Of a stretch of DNA of 64,000 nt, positions 39,701-47,808 are shown piece by piece; position 1 is the stretch's first letter, and the number at the start of each line of letters is the position of its first letter. Location: the IMG/VR virus record IMGVR_UViG_3300025828_000014. The stretch is one strand, 5' to 3'. The DNA is from a virus. The notes beneath the pieces are model-generated. The model worked only from the letters and a program-made list of their open reading frames with translations, did no database searches and was not told the origin of the DNA. The position numbers and the translations under genes were made by a program.

Positions 39701-41630
39701 TAGTTGAAGAAGTAGTGTTATAAACATCAGCACTTGCTCTTGCATATGCAAGTCCTGCTGTAACACTATTATAGTTTGTTCCGAGAACAGTGTCGTATGC
39801 AACTGCTTCGGTTATAAGTCTTACATCTCTTTCGCATTTTTCTTGATCGTATGACAAGTTTGTAAATTGTTCTGCAATGTATTTTATTGTTTCTTCTACA
39901 ATAAAATCTTTGTTTGCAATAATAGCATCTTTTGCAGCAACAGCACCTGGGCTACTTGCATTTGTATCATCGTATACAATATCAGGTGCAGCACTACTGT
40001 CTTCGTTTGCAATAAAGTTTGTAATGATTGCAGTTTTTTCAATTACATCGTATCTATACTGTTCATTTGCAGGATCACTGTCAGGAATACGTGCAAGTAT
40101 TTCGTCTCTAGTTGCTTCAATTCCGTATATAGTAGGCGCCAACTGTTGGTTAAGAACTTTTGCACTATTTGCTCTAAGATAGCTTCTACCTGCTGCGATA
40201 CTTTGATAATTAGTTCCTAGTGCAACATCACCCATAATTGCATCAATTATTCTTGCAACATCTCTTCTACAAACAGTTTCGTCATATATAAACGGCTGTT
40301 GTGTGATATTGTTGCCAGTTACATAATATACTGTTGAGTCGCCTTCAAACTTTATAATACTACCGGTTTGTGGAATATCACGCAAACTGTTCACTTCTAT
40401 AGTTTGGTTTTTAATAAGGTTAGCTGTTGCAGTTGCTAGTGAACTAAATCCGCCACCCACGAGTGTGATAGTTGGCACACTTCTATATCCGCTACCAGGA
40501 TCGTCAACTGTAATACTTGTTACTTCTCCTCGCAACAAATCAACACTTGCTGTGCCTTGTGCAGTAGTTCCTCCTGGTTCTTCGGGTGGATCAAATACTA
40601 CTGTAGGTGTTCCTGTGTATCCAGCACCTGTGCTGTTTACAGTTACACTACCTACATTTGATGTATATGTTTGTGATGGTCTTGCAGTTGTATATACTTT
40701 GTCAAACAATCCATCAGCAATAATACCATATGTGCCAAAGTCGCTAACTGAGTTTGAAATTGATAAGTAGCCACCTTTTGTAGCCATAAATCCAATACGG
40801 GTGAAAACTGTAAAGCAGCTAACAATCTGTGTATAGCCAAAGTTTGTAATATGGAAACCAATACCACCTTGAGCAATTTGCGTAAAGGCATCAGCAACGA
40901 AACTGAACACCAAAGAACGTTGATCATAATCATTACCATCAACCAACATACCATTGCCGCCGCCGTTAGTATTAACACGTTTTGCAAGTGGAACATTTGG
41001 ATCGTTTTCTATTGGTCTTGCTCCTGCTGGAACACCTTCGATTTGTTCTGTAACAAAAGGAGTAAACTCTGTTCCATCGTTTAACCAAGGACCGTTCATG
41101 TTTGTGCAGTTTTGAACATATGGAGATACAGTTACTAATGCACCTTCTCTAATTCTTGCACACCAACCTGGATCTCTCAAACCACGAAATGTTACTTGGA
41201 ATATATAACAAGCATTATCCATTAAGAAAATATCTTTAGTAGGATTGTTTGGATAAATTTGACAGTTACGTAAACTATCACCTCTAACAGTCATACGCTC
41301 TTTTAACGTAATTGGATTGTCTTCGTAAAAATCGCCTGGTGCAAGTTGAATAGTTGCACCTGCTGGTGCTGCTTCAACTGCTGACTTAATTGTTCTTTTG
41401 GCTCTTGATGCGCCTGCACCTTTACCATCGTTGTCATCGCTACCTTCTAAAGAAACATAGTATATAAGATCGTTAGTTGGACCTGAGCTTGATCCAGTAA
41501 CTTTCAAGTCACCTGCAACTTTCACTGTTCCTGTGGACGGTGTAAGTTCAATCGTGCCGTCATTGTTAATGATCAACTCGTTGTTGTCAATTTTTCTCTG
41601 ATATATACTCTGTTTCTTTACGTATTCCAT
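33768..41630 (-). CDS. Giant virion structural protein (2620 aa), paralog of the 3567-aa fibre, with ten CxRD helical repeats
   Basis: YYVSLEGSDDNDG..TIKSA beta-helix start, SPYVQNC, GHAFEYVGAG..NALP, GQIRFNT..FEGYDG..WGTLGGVKDVDQDT shared with neighbour; C-terminal IDGGSF. Confidence 0.8.
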   Translation of the reverse strand: MEYVKKQSIYQRKIDNNELIINNDGTIELTPSTGTVKVAGDLKVTGSSSGPTNDLIYYVSLEGSDDNDGKGAGASRAKRTIKSAVEAAPAGATIQLAPGDFYEDNPITLKERMTVRGDSLRNCQIYPNNPTKDIFLMDNACYIFQVTFRGLRDPGWCARIREGALVTVSPYVQNCTNMNGPWLNDGTEFTPFVTEQIEGVPAGARPIENDPNVPLAKRVNTNGGGNGMLVDGNDYDQRSLVFSFVADAFTQIAQGGIGFHITNFGYTQIVSCFTVFTRIGFMATKGGYLSISNSVSDFGTYGIIADGLFDKVYTTARPSQTYTSNVGSVTVNSTGAGYTGTPTVVFDPPEEPGGTTAQGTASVDLLRGEVTSITVDDPGSGYRSVPTITLVGGGFSSLATATANLIKNQTIEVNSLRDIPQTGSIIKFEGDSTVYYVTGNNITQQPFIYDETVCRRDVARIIDAIMGDVALGTNYQSIAAGRSYLRANSAKVLNQQLAPTIYGIEATRDEILARIPDSDPANEQYRYDVIEKTAIITNFIANEDSSAAPDIVYDDTNASSPGAVAAKDAIIANKDFIVEETIKYIAEQFTNLSYDQEKCERDVRLITEAVAYDTVLGTNYNSVTAGLAYARASADVYNTTSSTTGSQTTVTVAAYNYLKGLTLALSDVSADSTATTRVTAAWDEVIDIITGRAYNSATCRRDVGYIVDSVAFDVALGTNYNAVTTGLSYQRANSAYVLSAQFEQTKASYQYMKTLATGTYMSNATAEARSDAAFDEILDILENGQVSTDVSADTITWTDPGTNGSATNSRILLQANRDFIASEVNAWISANYPTFVYDTLKCTRDTKYIVDAISFDIQYGGNFATRRAADAYFEGTTSQLPESQRAITAAAYNNLASNIVSQIVIENYPGQTTTGNLGSSDEVDDAEGLVKIIADVITANSVSGMPALVEPTYTWAAAGIQTDVNSWKNAKTTIQDTVIKEITIGNITNADAITYPLPTGVITNRINARNQLIANRTFIKKEVRAYVNQQNPTLTYDADKCERDVGYIVDALIYDILYEGNSATRQTATSYFVGTSSQLGSTDETTATIQAYTHLQGVVTGILLESALTKSPGNNEIQNTAGDPASATEVGSATSLIQIIIDVLTAGNLDSLPATNRAVTDWADASLQTAFGSIFGQQDNFAAASTTWILANYPNFTYDREKCKRDTGLIIDAVVRDARLNTNHNAIVAGQAYIRANASTVKDDQLPATILAIREAKRLALTYTTTDTTATTRVTDGFDTVLTLLEYQTLPSEGQTYPAPVPASQELIDAARQLQENKAFLQEEAIAYINNQYFVYDSAKCARDTQLILDAVCNDLITGSNYNSITAGLSYYRAVSAYVISDQITQTIAAITHLKGEVANLIASDSASVAICNALFDEIIDIIQNGTGNADALSFPNPSGNANRNNAQLQLQNNRTFIISELISWITTNLPNLTYDQTKCERDTGYIVDAVSHDIMYNTNLASIQNARSYFEGSASVLPYDQRDGTADALNQLGVILQQIVVGTYPGQNTSAGNASATEATQVNVLSTIVEDVVRANTLEILPTETAVDETGASSTRIASRDLIQSTGDSSSADLVQGVIDYINTNQNGFSYDQAKCRRDIGYLVESTTHDLLYTGNVSSLATARSYFLNGDSQVYGQENETADAITRVKTVAAQVIQGITVTPTAGNTETQSLVGPYGTSAEATTSNNLFNITIDAITAGNLLSTPNDQEPDTSWVTVSTNIALDALSTANTTIQQGVIDFIRDNIIGFSYNVAKCERDTKYIIDAALYDMMYGGNKQTRRAGEAYYTGTILAGITTAGSNADQEGVTEFAYKHLASIMSKIGQNQKVVASDDNSLTQTYNPTGGTSSATLSIENNVTKIAEVISQGIYPVLPNEIDHDYAANAETSANAKRELVLADAQAIEDEAIRLLNLTYGGVAELDVFPQITYVAENTLGSMQNVSTVSTSGHAFEYVGAGVTYNALPFFGGSAIAENEITETDNGKVFAGGTVDQIGNFRVGNFFNVNALTGAITLNAEEISLSGIASIGPFKRFGIPVGVELKEVSNSSDLRASTGASDINTVPTQVAVVNYVENRYLNKLTGGTVLGNVEIDADLAVDGGDITTTSTTFNLLNDNANILNFAGGTTNLTIGAVGIGTTNIKHNVDIDLDLNVDGGDITTNRIDTFNLLNANVQTVNAFGDATTITMGAVSTDSVFQVNSEIVIFNSVGTLQIPVGTTAQRGADSTAAIGQIRFNTTDETFEGYDGANWGTLGGVKDVDQDTFIRPETSPGADEDTLEFFTNGVERITLDPTTLSIKDSILTEFDNTTESTAYNVGAVTVAGGVGIARNLHVRGYISGNENDVLQLTEKATDEIFIPANTIRTTDSFKIISNESDSAADNIVDPIILAHHNQTGGAAVGAGIGLPFEQEITNNNYVTAGRIDVISTDVTTGDEDFDMVFTTRIAGASVEKLRLSETTSTFTTNVQIDQDLFVTGILDAAGFRGSIFADDSTEMLDAVNNRIIVTNLDAGTLTLVTDLEVQYGGTGASTFTTDGILYGNAQNPIQVTPAAGTSDASNSFQILTVTSGSDATPVWTDTIDGGSF

Positions 41631-41960
41631 TTATACTTCCAAATAACTTATAGTTGCGCTCAATCTATTTGAGTCAGGGCTATTCAAGACTACAGAGTCT
41701 CCTTCCTCTAAAATTAGACGTTCAGTGTTAAACGAAAATGTTTCCTGAGCTGGCATATCAATTGTATTCAATACTTTGTTAGCGTTGCTTTTTGAACTAC
41801 CACTTGGTATCACATGCATGTTAAAACTACTATTAAAACTTACATCACTTGTTGTAGCGTAGTTGCACACTACTATTGTTGTAATTGCATATTTTTTGCC
41901 AGCAGGGACTAACAGTATCGTTGTGTCTGTTGCTAATATTAGGTTACTGTTAATTGCCAT
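41631..41960 (-). CDS. Small virion structural protein
   Basis: Beta-rich; AITTIVVCN..ETFSF..ERLILEEGD..ATISYLEV; in fibre operon. Confidence 0.65.
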   Translation of the reverse strand: MAINSNLILATDTTILLVPAGKKYAITTIVVCNYATTSDVSFNSSFNMHVIPSGSSKSNANKVLNTIDMPAQETFSFNTERLILEEGDSVVLNSPDSNRLSATISYLEV

Positions 41961-41971
41961 TTGCTTTTCCT

Positions 41972-43009
41972 TTAAAATATAATACTATACAATAGTGCTT
42001 TGTTTCTACTAATAATTTCGTCTTGCGTTGAGTTTTCGTTTATAAAATATATACCAGTTCCTCCGTCTGCTTCGGTTTTTGCGTAAATTTTTACGCCATC
42101 ACTTGGTGCTACTGGATCTGTAATTTTTGGAAACAGAGCCGGAGTGCCAAATTCAACACTACCTGTTCCAGTGCCTTCTATAACAACGTTTGAGTTTAAG
42201 TTTATAGTTGAAATTCTATTTGTTTCAATTTTAACTTCTAATAACTCTATACTTGCTTGATAAAATTTTGCAACTTCACTGCTATCTACAGTAATCATTG
42301 CTAAACTTTGACTACTGGTTTCGTCTTGATCAGCAACAGATACAGTTGTATCTCCGCTTTCAATTGTATCAGTAAAGTTATAGGCGTTGTATGCTTTTAC
42401 ATAATCTTTTACTGCTCTAATGTTTGGAATAGCATCATCGTCATATGGAGCAGAAAGTCTATCTTCTAAGTTTACATTTGGAGTTATGTCATCTCCACTA
42501 TAAGGCCATAGTTGTTTCTCATAAGATACTGTTCCTCTAACAGAAACAACATTTTGTCCTTCGCCTAGTAAAACTAAATCGTCATCAGCAAACGTTCCGA
42601 CAAAATTGGTAAAAATACCTATTGTTTGATTATTGTTGTCTTTAAATACCCAACCACCTTTGTTAGCATCAACACCTCCAGTTCTTGAATCATACCAAGT
42701 AACATCTTCGTCATACAAAAGTTTTGCATCTGGAAAATTACCTCGATCGATTATAAATCCTGCTGTGTTTAATGTAACACCATTTCCGGTTTCACCATTG
42801 TTAAGGACAATTACATTATCTGTGATATTTAAATCTTGGCTATCTAAAGTTGTTGTAGTGCCAACTACGTTTAAATTGCCGTAAAAATTAAATGTTCCTG
42901 TGGTCGCAGGAGTAAGTCCGTCTCCAGCACGGAAATCTACAGTTCCACCATCATTAATTTTTACTCGATACAGATCAACGTTGTATTCACTTATCTTGGC
43001 GCTAGGCAT
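41972..43009 (-). CDS. Virion structural (baseplate/fibre-associated) protein
   Basis: GNLNVVGTTTT..ITDNVIVLNNGE..GFIIDRG fibre module. Confidence 0.65.
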   Translation of the reverse strand: MPSAKISEYNVDLYRVKINDGGTVDFRAGDGLTPATTGTFNFYGNLNVVGTTTTLDSQDLNITDNVIVLNNGETGNGVTLNTAGFIIDRGNFPDAKLLYDEDVTWYDSRTGGVDANKGGWVFKDNNNQTIGIFTNFVGTFADDDLVLLGEGQNVVSVRGTVSYEKQLWPYSGDDITPNVNLEDRLSAPYDDDAIPNIRAVKDYVKAYNAYNFTDTIESGDTTVSVADQDETSSQSLAMITVDSSEVAKFYQASIELLEVKIETNRISTINLNSNVVIEGTGTGSVEFGTPALFPKITDPVAPSDGVKIYAKTEADGGTGIYFINENSTQDEIISRNKALLYSIIF

Positions 43010-43025
43010 TTAAGTAACTCCTAAC

Positions 43026-43487
43026 TTATGACTGGCGAGGTAATGCTACACTAAGAGTCGTATTAGGGTTGTTACTATCTTCTAAAGCACTTGCGTCATA
43101 ACCAATGTTATAAATTGCTCCGTCTCCTGTAGTCACAGTTGCCGCTCCGCCGCTGCCTTCTAATTGCACAGTTCTATTGCGTAATTTTGTTACTTGATAA
43201 ACTGTTGAATCTGAACCTACAGCATCGATTCTAAATTCGCCTGCACTCATTGCACCGTTTGCTTTGTTTACAAGTGTCATTATTTCGTCGCTTGCTGCTG
43301 ATCCTGCTGCTGGTGAAAAAGTTCCTGTTGCATCAGAATCTAGTCTGATCATGAATTTTGCATCTCCAACTTGTTTTACAATGTGTGCTGCTGTTGTTGC
43401 TTCTGACCCGCCTGTAAAATAGTGGCGACTTACTGCGATACGGCCTGACCCGTATCCGATTTTATCTTTATTAATTGGACGTCCCAT
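43026..43487 (-). CDS. Hypothetical virion protein (start MGRPINK at 43487)
   Basis: AAGGAG SD before ATG 43487; the ORF-track extension to 43565 is more likely 5' UTR. Confidence 0.65.
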   Translation of the reverse strand: MGRPINKDKIGYGSGRIAVSRHYFTGGSEATTAAHIVKQVGDAKFMIRLDSDATGTFSPAAGSAASDEIMTLVNKANGAMSAGEFRIDAVGSDSTVYQVTKLRNRTVQLEGSGGAATVTTGDGAIYNIGYDASALEDSNNPNTTLSVALPRQS

Positions 43488-43596
43488 TTTTTTCTCCTTT
43501 TGACGTTCTAGGTCTACGCGGGTGGGTCCGCATAAGTCCTCATCGAGAGGCTCTCCTCTTGACACATGTATTTAGCCTTTTTGTAAAAATGGGTTA

Positions 43597-43788
43597 TTAT
43601 GTGTCATGTTCTAATACAACCGCCCAACATCTACCATTTTGCAGTTCGTATGTAAACAAAACTTTATCACCTATTTTAAATTTTTTTTCTGTGTTTTTAA
43701 ATAAAACATCTTGTCTAGATTGTCCAAACTCTTTAGGTCTAATACTTCCTGTGTTGCCAGTAAATTTGTATACTTGTCCTTTAAACAT
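43597..43788 (-). CDS. Divergent cold-shock-domain-like protein
   Basis: KGQVYKF...GSIRP....DVLF......IGDKVLFT.....GR..AV pattern of CSD OB-fold; AGGAG SD; late promoter at 43806-43811. Confidence 0.6.
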   Translation of the reverse strand: MFKGQVYKFTGNTGSIRPKEFGQSRQDVLFKNTEKKFKIGDKVLFTYELQNGRCWAVVLEHDT

Positions 43789-43818
43789 TGCGATTCTCCT
43801 TGCAGTATTTACTCAATA

Positions 43819-43842
43819 AAATAGGCCCCGTAGGGCCTATTT
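43819..43842 (-). terminator. Terminator after major capsid gene
   Basis: AAATAGGCCC-cgta-GGGCCTATTT. Confidence 0.8.
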
Positions 43843-43867
43843 GTTAAGTTTTTAAAGTTTGTATAAC

Positions 43868-45040
43868 TTAGCTGAAGCTTAGGTTTGCAGTTGTTACTGC
43901 AACTTTGCTTAGGTAATCAGCTGCGTTACCAAGAGACGAAGCTGTGTTGTTTAACTCAACATATCCGTAACGAGTCATAAATGATACAACTGGCTCGAAT
44001 GTGTCTGGGTCAAGCACAACACCACTGCTCATCAATGGAATGTATGGGCAGTAGAACGCTGCTGCGTCTGATTCGCTTGTGCCTTTGTAGCCAACAAGAA
44101 CATCATCTGAAGATGCATATGTGTTTACATATACTTTCATTGCGTTGTTCAATGTTCCAACTAGTTTTGTGTTAGTTGGTGCTTCAAAAGTTCCTTCAGT
44201 TGTTCTTGCGAAAGCTGAAGTTGTTGCTGATTGCAGGATTGTCAATACAGTTGGTGAAACAACAGCCCAGTTACCTGCGCCTCTGCGTGTGCGCTGAGCA
44301 ATTAGGTTTGACACTTTGTTGATTTGAACTGCAAGAGCTGCATGTTCGTCGCCAACAAATGTTGCTGTCCCTGATACACCTGCTTGGTTGTATGTTTCAG
44401 CTGCTGAGCCTGCCAATGATGTTAGGCTTGCAATTACTTCTTGGTCGATTTCAGCAGTAATCTCTTGAGCAAGTGCTGCCATGATTTCTGCTTCTACGTC
44501 GATACCATGCTGTGACTGAGCGTCTTGAGCTGCTTCGAATGTCCAACGTGCGCTTAGTTTGCGTGATTTGGCTTCGACTGTTTGCTTCAAGATTTGGATG
44601 CTTAGTCTGTTACCAGCTGCACCTTCAAGTGCAGATGTAGCTGCTGCTTTATCATCAGCTGCACCAGAATAACCTTCAGCAATTTTGAATGGGCTAAGAG
44701 CTTCATCGCCTGCTGCGGCATCTGTTCCACTTGTTGAGTTGAATGCGTCTGCATAACGAACTCTCAATGTGTGGATTTGACCAACTGGACCAGTCATTGG
44801 CTGAACGCCGACCAACTCGTTAGCAATAACGGTTGGCATAACACGTCTGATCACTGGGAGGATCACACGGTTTAATGTTGCGACATTACCAGCAGAAGTA
44901 GCACCAGCTGTTGCAGTCTCCATCAAATGCTTACGAGTATTTTCAAGAGTTGTTTCCATAACAGCTTTTTTGTTGCCTTTTAGGCCTTCAGTCAAGGCAC
45001 TTTTTGTCTCCTGCCAGCGACTTTCTAATAGTTCTGACAT
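43868..45040 (-). CDS. gp23: Major capsid protein
   Basis: VIRRVMP..GVQPMTGPVGQI..AKSRKLSARWTFEAAQD..EITAEID..FYCPYIPL..FMTRYG. Confidence 0.98.
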   Translation of the reverse strand: MSELLESRWQETKSALTEGLKGNKKAVMETTLENTRKHLMETATAGATSAGNVATLNRVILPVIRRVMPTVIANELVGVQPMTGPVGQIHTLRVRYADAFNSTSGTDAAAGDEALSPFKIAEGYSGAADDKAAATSALEGAAGNRLSIQILKQTVEAKSRKLSARWTFEAAQDAQSQHGIDVEAEIMAALAQEITAEIDQEVIASLTSLAGSAAETYNQAGVSGTATFVGDEHAALAVQINKVSNLIAQRTRRGAGNWAVVSPTVLTILQSATTSAFARTTEGTFEAPTNTKLVGTLNNAMKVYVNTYASSDDVLVGYKGTSESDAAAFYCPYIPLMSSGVVLDPDTFEPVVSFMTRYGYVELNNTASSLGNAADYLSKVAVTTANLSFS

Positions 45041-45050
45041 TTTCTTCTCC

Positions 45051-46136
45051 TTATATTCCAGCCAAGCGTTTAATGTCTACGACATTGTGATCGCTTGGTG
45101 AGTTAGAACTTTGTGTTTCTTTATTGCCTGTAATTTCTTTTGCCTCTGTAAGCTGTGCCTTCTGCTTTGCTGGACTATTGCCATCAATTACTGATGGAAG
45201 ATACTTATCAAATGCAGAACGTAGTTTTGCAGTTTGAACTGATTCCAGTAAGTCTGTCATAATGTCTTTTTGGTCCTTGCTTAAAGGTCCAATAAGTTCG
45301 TTCATTACTTTTGAACGTTCTTGTGCTTCGACTAGACGCTTAACCTCTGCATCTCTTGCTTCTGCAATAGTTTTAGCTTTTATTGCTAATTCTTTTGCTT
45401 CTGCAATTTGTTTGTCTTTCGCATCAACAACTTTCAATAACTTTTTGGCTTCTGATTTTTCGTTTAGGTGTGAACCCATGTATTCATTAGCAAATGCTTC
45501 AAAAATCTTTCTACCAAAATCATTTTGACGTGCTGCGTCAATATCTTCTTTAAGTTGACTAATTTCTCCACGTAGGGCTGAGTCAACTGTTTCAGAGATT
45601 GCTTTAGCACTTCTTTCGATAAAGTTTTTGCGGACTTTATCGAAGTGTGCCTTACCTTCGCGCACTAGGCGCACTTTTGTTTCAGCAAGGTCTTTTTTGT
45701 CTTCATTAAACTCTGCAATTTCTTTTGCAAGTTGTTCAACAACAAATTCTTCAAGCACGGTAAACTTGTTAGCCATAGCTTTTTGATCTTCGTGTAGTTC
45801 TCCGACCTCTTTAGCTAATGTTTCTGTTACAAACTTATTCATCAAGTTTGCATTTTCTTTCATAGCTACTGCATATTTTGCTTTTTGTTCAGCAAGTTGC
45901 TTACGGTCTTCTGCAAACTCAGCCATTTCTTCAGTTAACTTTTCAGTTACCATAGTATCAATAGCTTCAATCATCACACCTTTATCGTGCTCATATTTTT
46001 TTGCAAATTCCTCACGAAGTTCACTAGTAACAGCAAGGCGGTTTTCTTCCACTTTACTATTCCACGCTTCTTCAATTTCTTGTTTCATTGCTTCTGAAAT
46101 TACATCGCTTTCTAAAAGGGATTTTAGTGCTTCCAT
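45051..46136 (-). CDS. gp22: Prohead core scaffold protein
   Basis: Long coiled coil, FGRKIFEAF, between gp21 and gp23. Confidence 0.85.
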   Translation of the reverse strand: MEALKSLLESDVISEAMKQEIEEAWNSKVEENRLAVTSELREEFAKKYEHDKGVMIEAIDTMVTEKLTEEMAEFAEDRKQLAEQKAKYAVAMKENANLMNKFVTETLAKEVGELHEDQKAMANKFTVLEEFVVEQLAKEIAEFNEDKKDLAETKVRLVREGKAHFDKVRKNFIERSAKAISETVDSALRGEISQLKEDIDAARQNDFGRKIFEAFANEYMGSHLNEKSEAKKLLKVVDAKDKQIAEAKELAIKAKTIAEARDAEVKRLVEAQERSKVMNELIGPLSKDQKDIMTDLLESVQTAKLRSAFDKYLPSVIDGNSPAKQKAQLTEAKEITGNKETQSSNSPSDHNVVDIKRLAGI

Positions 46137-46147
46137 TATTTTCTCCT

Positions 46148-46774
46148 TTATTGGAGCCTGCTTATTATGTTTAATAAGCTCTCTGCAATGTATTTTTGTG
46201 CCTTTGGATCGCCTTGAACTTCTCTACTTGTGAGAAATGCCTTATATCCACCTCTTTCATTCATGAGTTGTTCGTAAATTGGAGTTGGATATGCACCAGG
46301 GGCGCTGGGCTGAGCCACAACGTCCACAGTGATTATTTCAAAACCTTGGACATTACCTTGGTTATCAACTTCACCACTACCTCTCGATGAAACACCTAAT
46401 TTTACTCCGCTTTCAAGCATTGTTTTAACTAGTTGTCCCATCGGAGTTGGTAAAATCTTCAACTTACCATAACCGTTTGGGCCATCCATCCACATATCTG
46501 TGATCATATGGCTTACACGATCTAAGTTAATATTAAGTCCTTCAGGATGATCGACTTCACCGCACACTGAGTATCCGTTAGCTATCTGCTCATTGAGCGT
46601 GGTGACAGCCCTGCCAATTTCTTCTACCGGATAGACACGCTTATTTGCGTTAAGAACTCCACCCTGGATAAAGATGCCTTTCATGTGCAAATCTTTACCG
46701 CCTGTATCGTTTTCAGCAGACTCAACGACCATTCTAGCTTGGTCAAAACTCAGACATTCAGTTAATCGAAACAT
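46148..46774 (-). CDS. gp21: Prohead protease
   Basis: GIFIQG..NANKRVYP..GEVDHP..LGVSSRGSG..DVVAQPSAPGAY. Confidence 0.96.
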   Translation of the reverse strand: MFRLTECLSFDQARMVVESAENDTGGKDLHMKGIFIQGGVLNANKRVYPVEEIGRAVTTLNEQIANGYSVCGEVDHPEGLNINLDRVSHMITDMWMDGPNGYGKLKILPTPMGQLVKTMLESGVKLGVSSRGSGEVDNQGNVQGFEIITVDVVAQPSAPGAYPTPIYEQLMNERGGYKAFLTSREVQGDPKAQKYIAESLLNIISRLQ

Positions 46775-46791
46775 CTAAACTCCTTAACTTA

Positions 46792-47712
46792 TCAGCCACC
46801 CATTACAGGTTTTTTGTTGGCTGCTTCTCCAGCTTTCGCTGGGCTTTGCGACTTCATTGATTTTGAAGCCTTACCGCCTGGAGTGTTAACATTCCCTGCG
46901 CTATCTTCTTTTGGTGCTGCTGCGCCTGTTCCGCCTTTTTCATCAGCTGAACCTTGTGCGATATTTGCAGATGTTCCGCCCATATCGTTTTTACCTGCTA
47001 CTGCTGATTTTGTGCCGTTTGTGCCAGTATCACCCATTTTTGGTGTGATTTTTTCTACATACTCACGCATTTGTTCGCTTGCTGTTTTTGCCTCTTTTGA
47101 CTCTTCAACTTCTTCGTCAGCTGCTTCTTCAACTTCTTCGTCAGCTGCTTCTTCAACTTCTTCGTCATCTGCTTCGAATGCCATTGCTTCTTCTTCTGGC
47201 TCTTCGTCGCCTGGCTCTTCGTCGCCTGGCTCTTCGTCACCCATCATTTTTTCAAATTCTGCTTTTAATGCTTCTAGTGCATCTTCTAGATCAGCCATTG
47301 CTTCTTCTGGACCTTCGGCTTCTTCGTCGTCGTCGCCTTCGTCGTCCATGTCCATGTCGCCTTCGTCGCCACCTTCAATGTCACCTATCATGTCCATTGC
47401 TGGATCTGCTTCCATTTCTGGCTCATCTAGTCCAAACATTTCGTCTAGATCGTCATCTTCTGACTCGTCAACTTCTTCATCAGTTGCTTCATCTAGATCG
47501 TCATCTTCTGACTCGTCTACTTCTTCGTCAGTTGCTTCATCTACTTCTTCATCTGTAGTCTCTTCAACTTCTTCGTCAGCTTCGTCTAAAATGTTTTGAT
47601 AAATTTCTCTTGATTTTTCTACAACGATTTCGTGGAATAGTGCTTCTGCGCCATCACGGTCCTCGTTAACTAGTTTTTCGAGCATTTCCTCGAATTTTGT
47701 TTGATCAGTCAT
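46792..47712 (-). CDS. Highly acidic prohead core protein (gp67/68-like)
   Basis: Asp/Glu-rich with EEAADEEV repeats; AAGGAG SD before ATG 47712; between portal and protease. Confidence 0.65.
   Translation of the reverse strand: MTDQTKFEEMLEKLVNEDRDGAEALFHEIVVEKSREIYQNILDEADEEVEETTDEEVDEATDEEVDESEDDDLDEATDEEVDESEDDDLDEMFGLDEPEMEADPAMDMIGDIEGGDEGDMDMDDEGDDDEEAEGPEEAMADLEDALEALKAEFEKMMGDEEPGDEEPGDEEPEEEAMAFEADDEEVEEAADEEVEEAADEEVEESKEAKTASEQMREYVEKITPKMGDTGTNGTKSAVAGKNDMGGTSANIAQGSADEKGGTGAAAPKEDSAGNVNTPGGKASKSMKSQSPAKAGEAANKKPVMGG
47101..47585. repeat. Short tandem coding repeats (24-, 15- and ~48-bp units)
   Basis: tcttcaacttcttcgtcagctgct x~3; tggctcttcgtcgcc x3; tctagatcgtcatcttctgactcgtc x2. 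Confidence 0.85.
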
Positions 47713-47808
47713 GTCATTCTCCTTTATTGTCAAGGCTGTCAGTTATATTTACACTTTATAGGAAAATATACGCAGAAATGGGCTCAAACGAGCCTATTTT
47801 GTGCGCAC

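Noticed and set aside
23576-41084. Many 60-225-aa plus-strand ORFs opposite the giant fibre genes
   Set aside because: Shadow frames caused by codon bias of Thr/Gly/Asn-rich genes; no SD or promoter support
47101-47585. Possible CRISPR-like array
   Set aside because: Repeats are tandem, in-frame multiples of 3, with no unique spacers
46814-47599. Ser-rich and Leu/Arg-rich ORFs on the plus strand
   Set aside because: Antisense shadows of the repetitive acidic prohead-core gene
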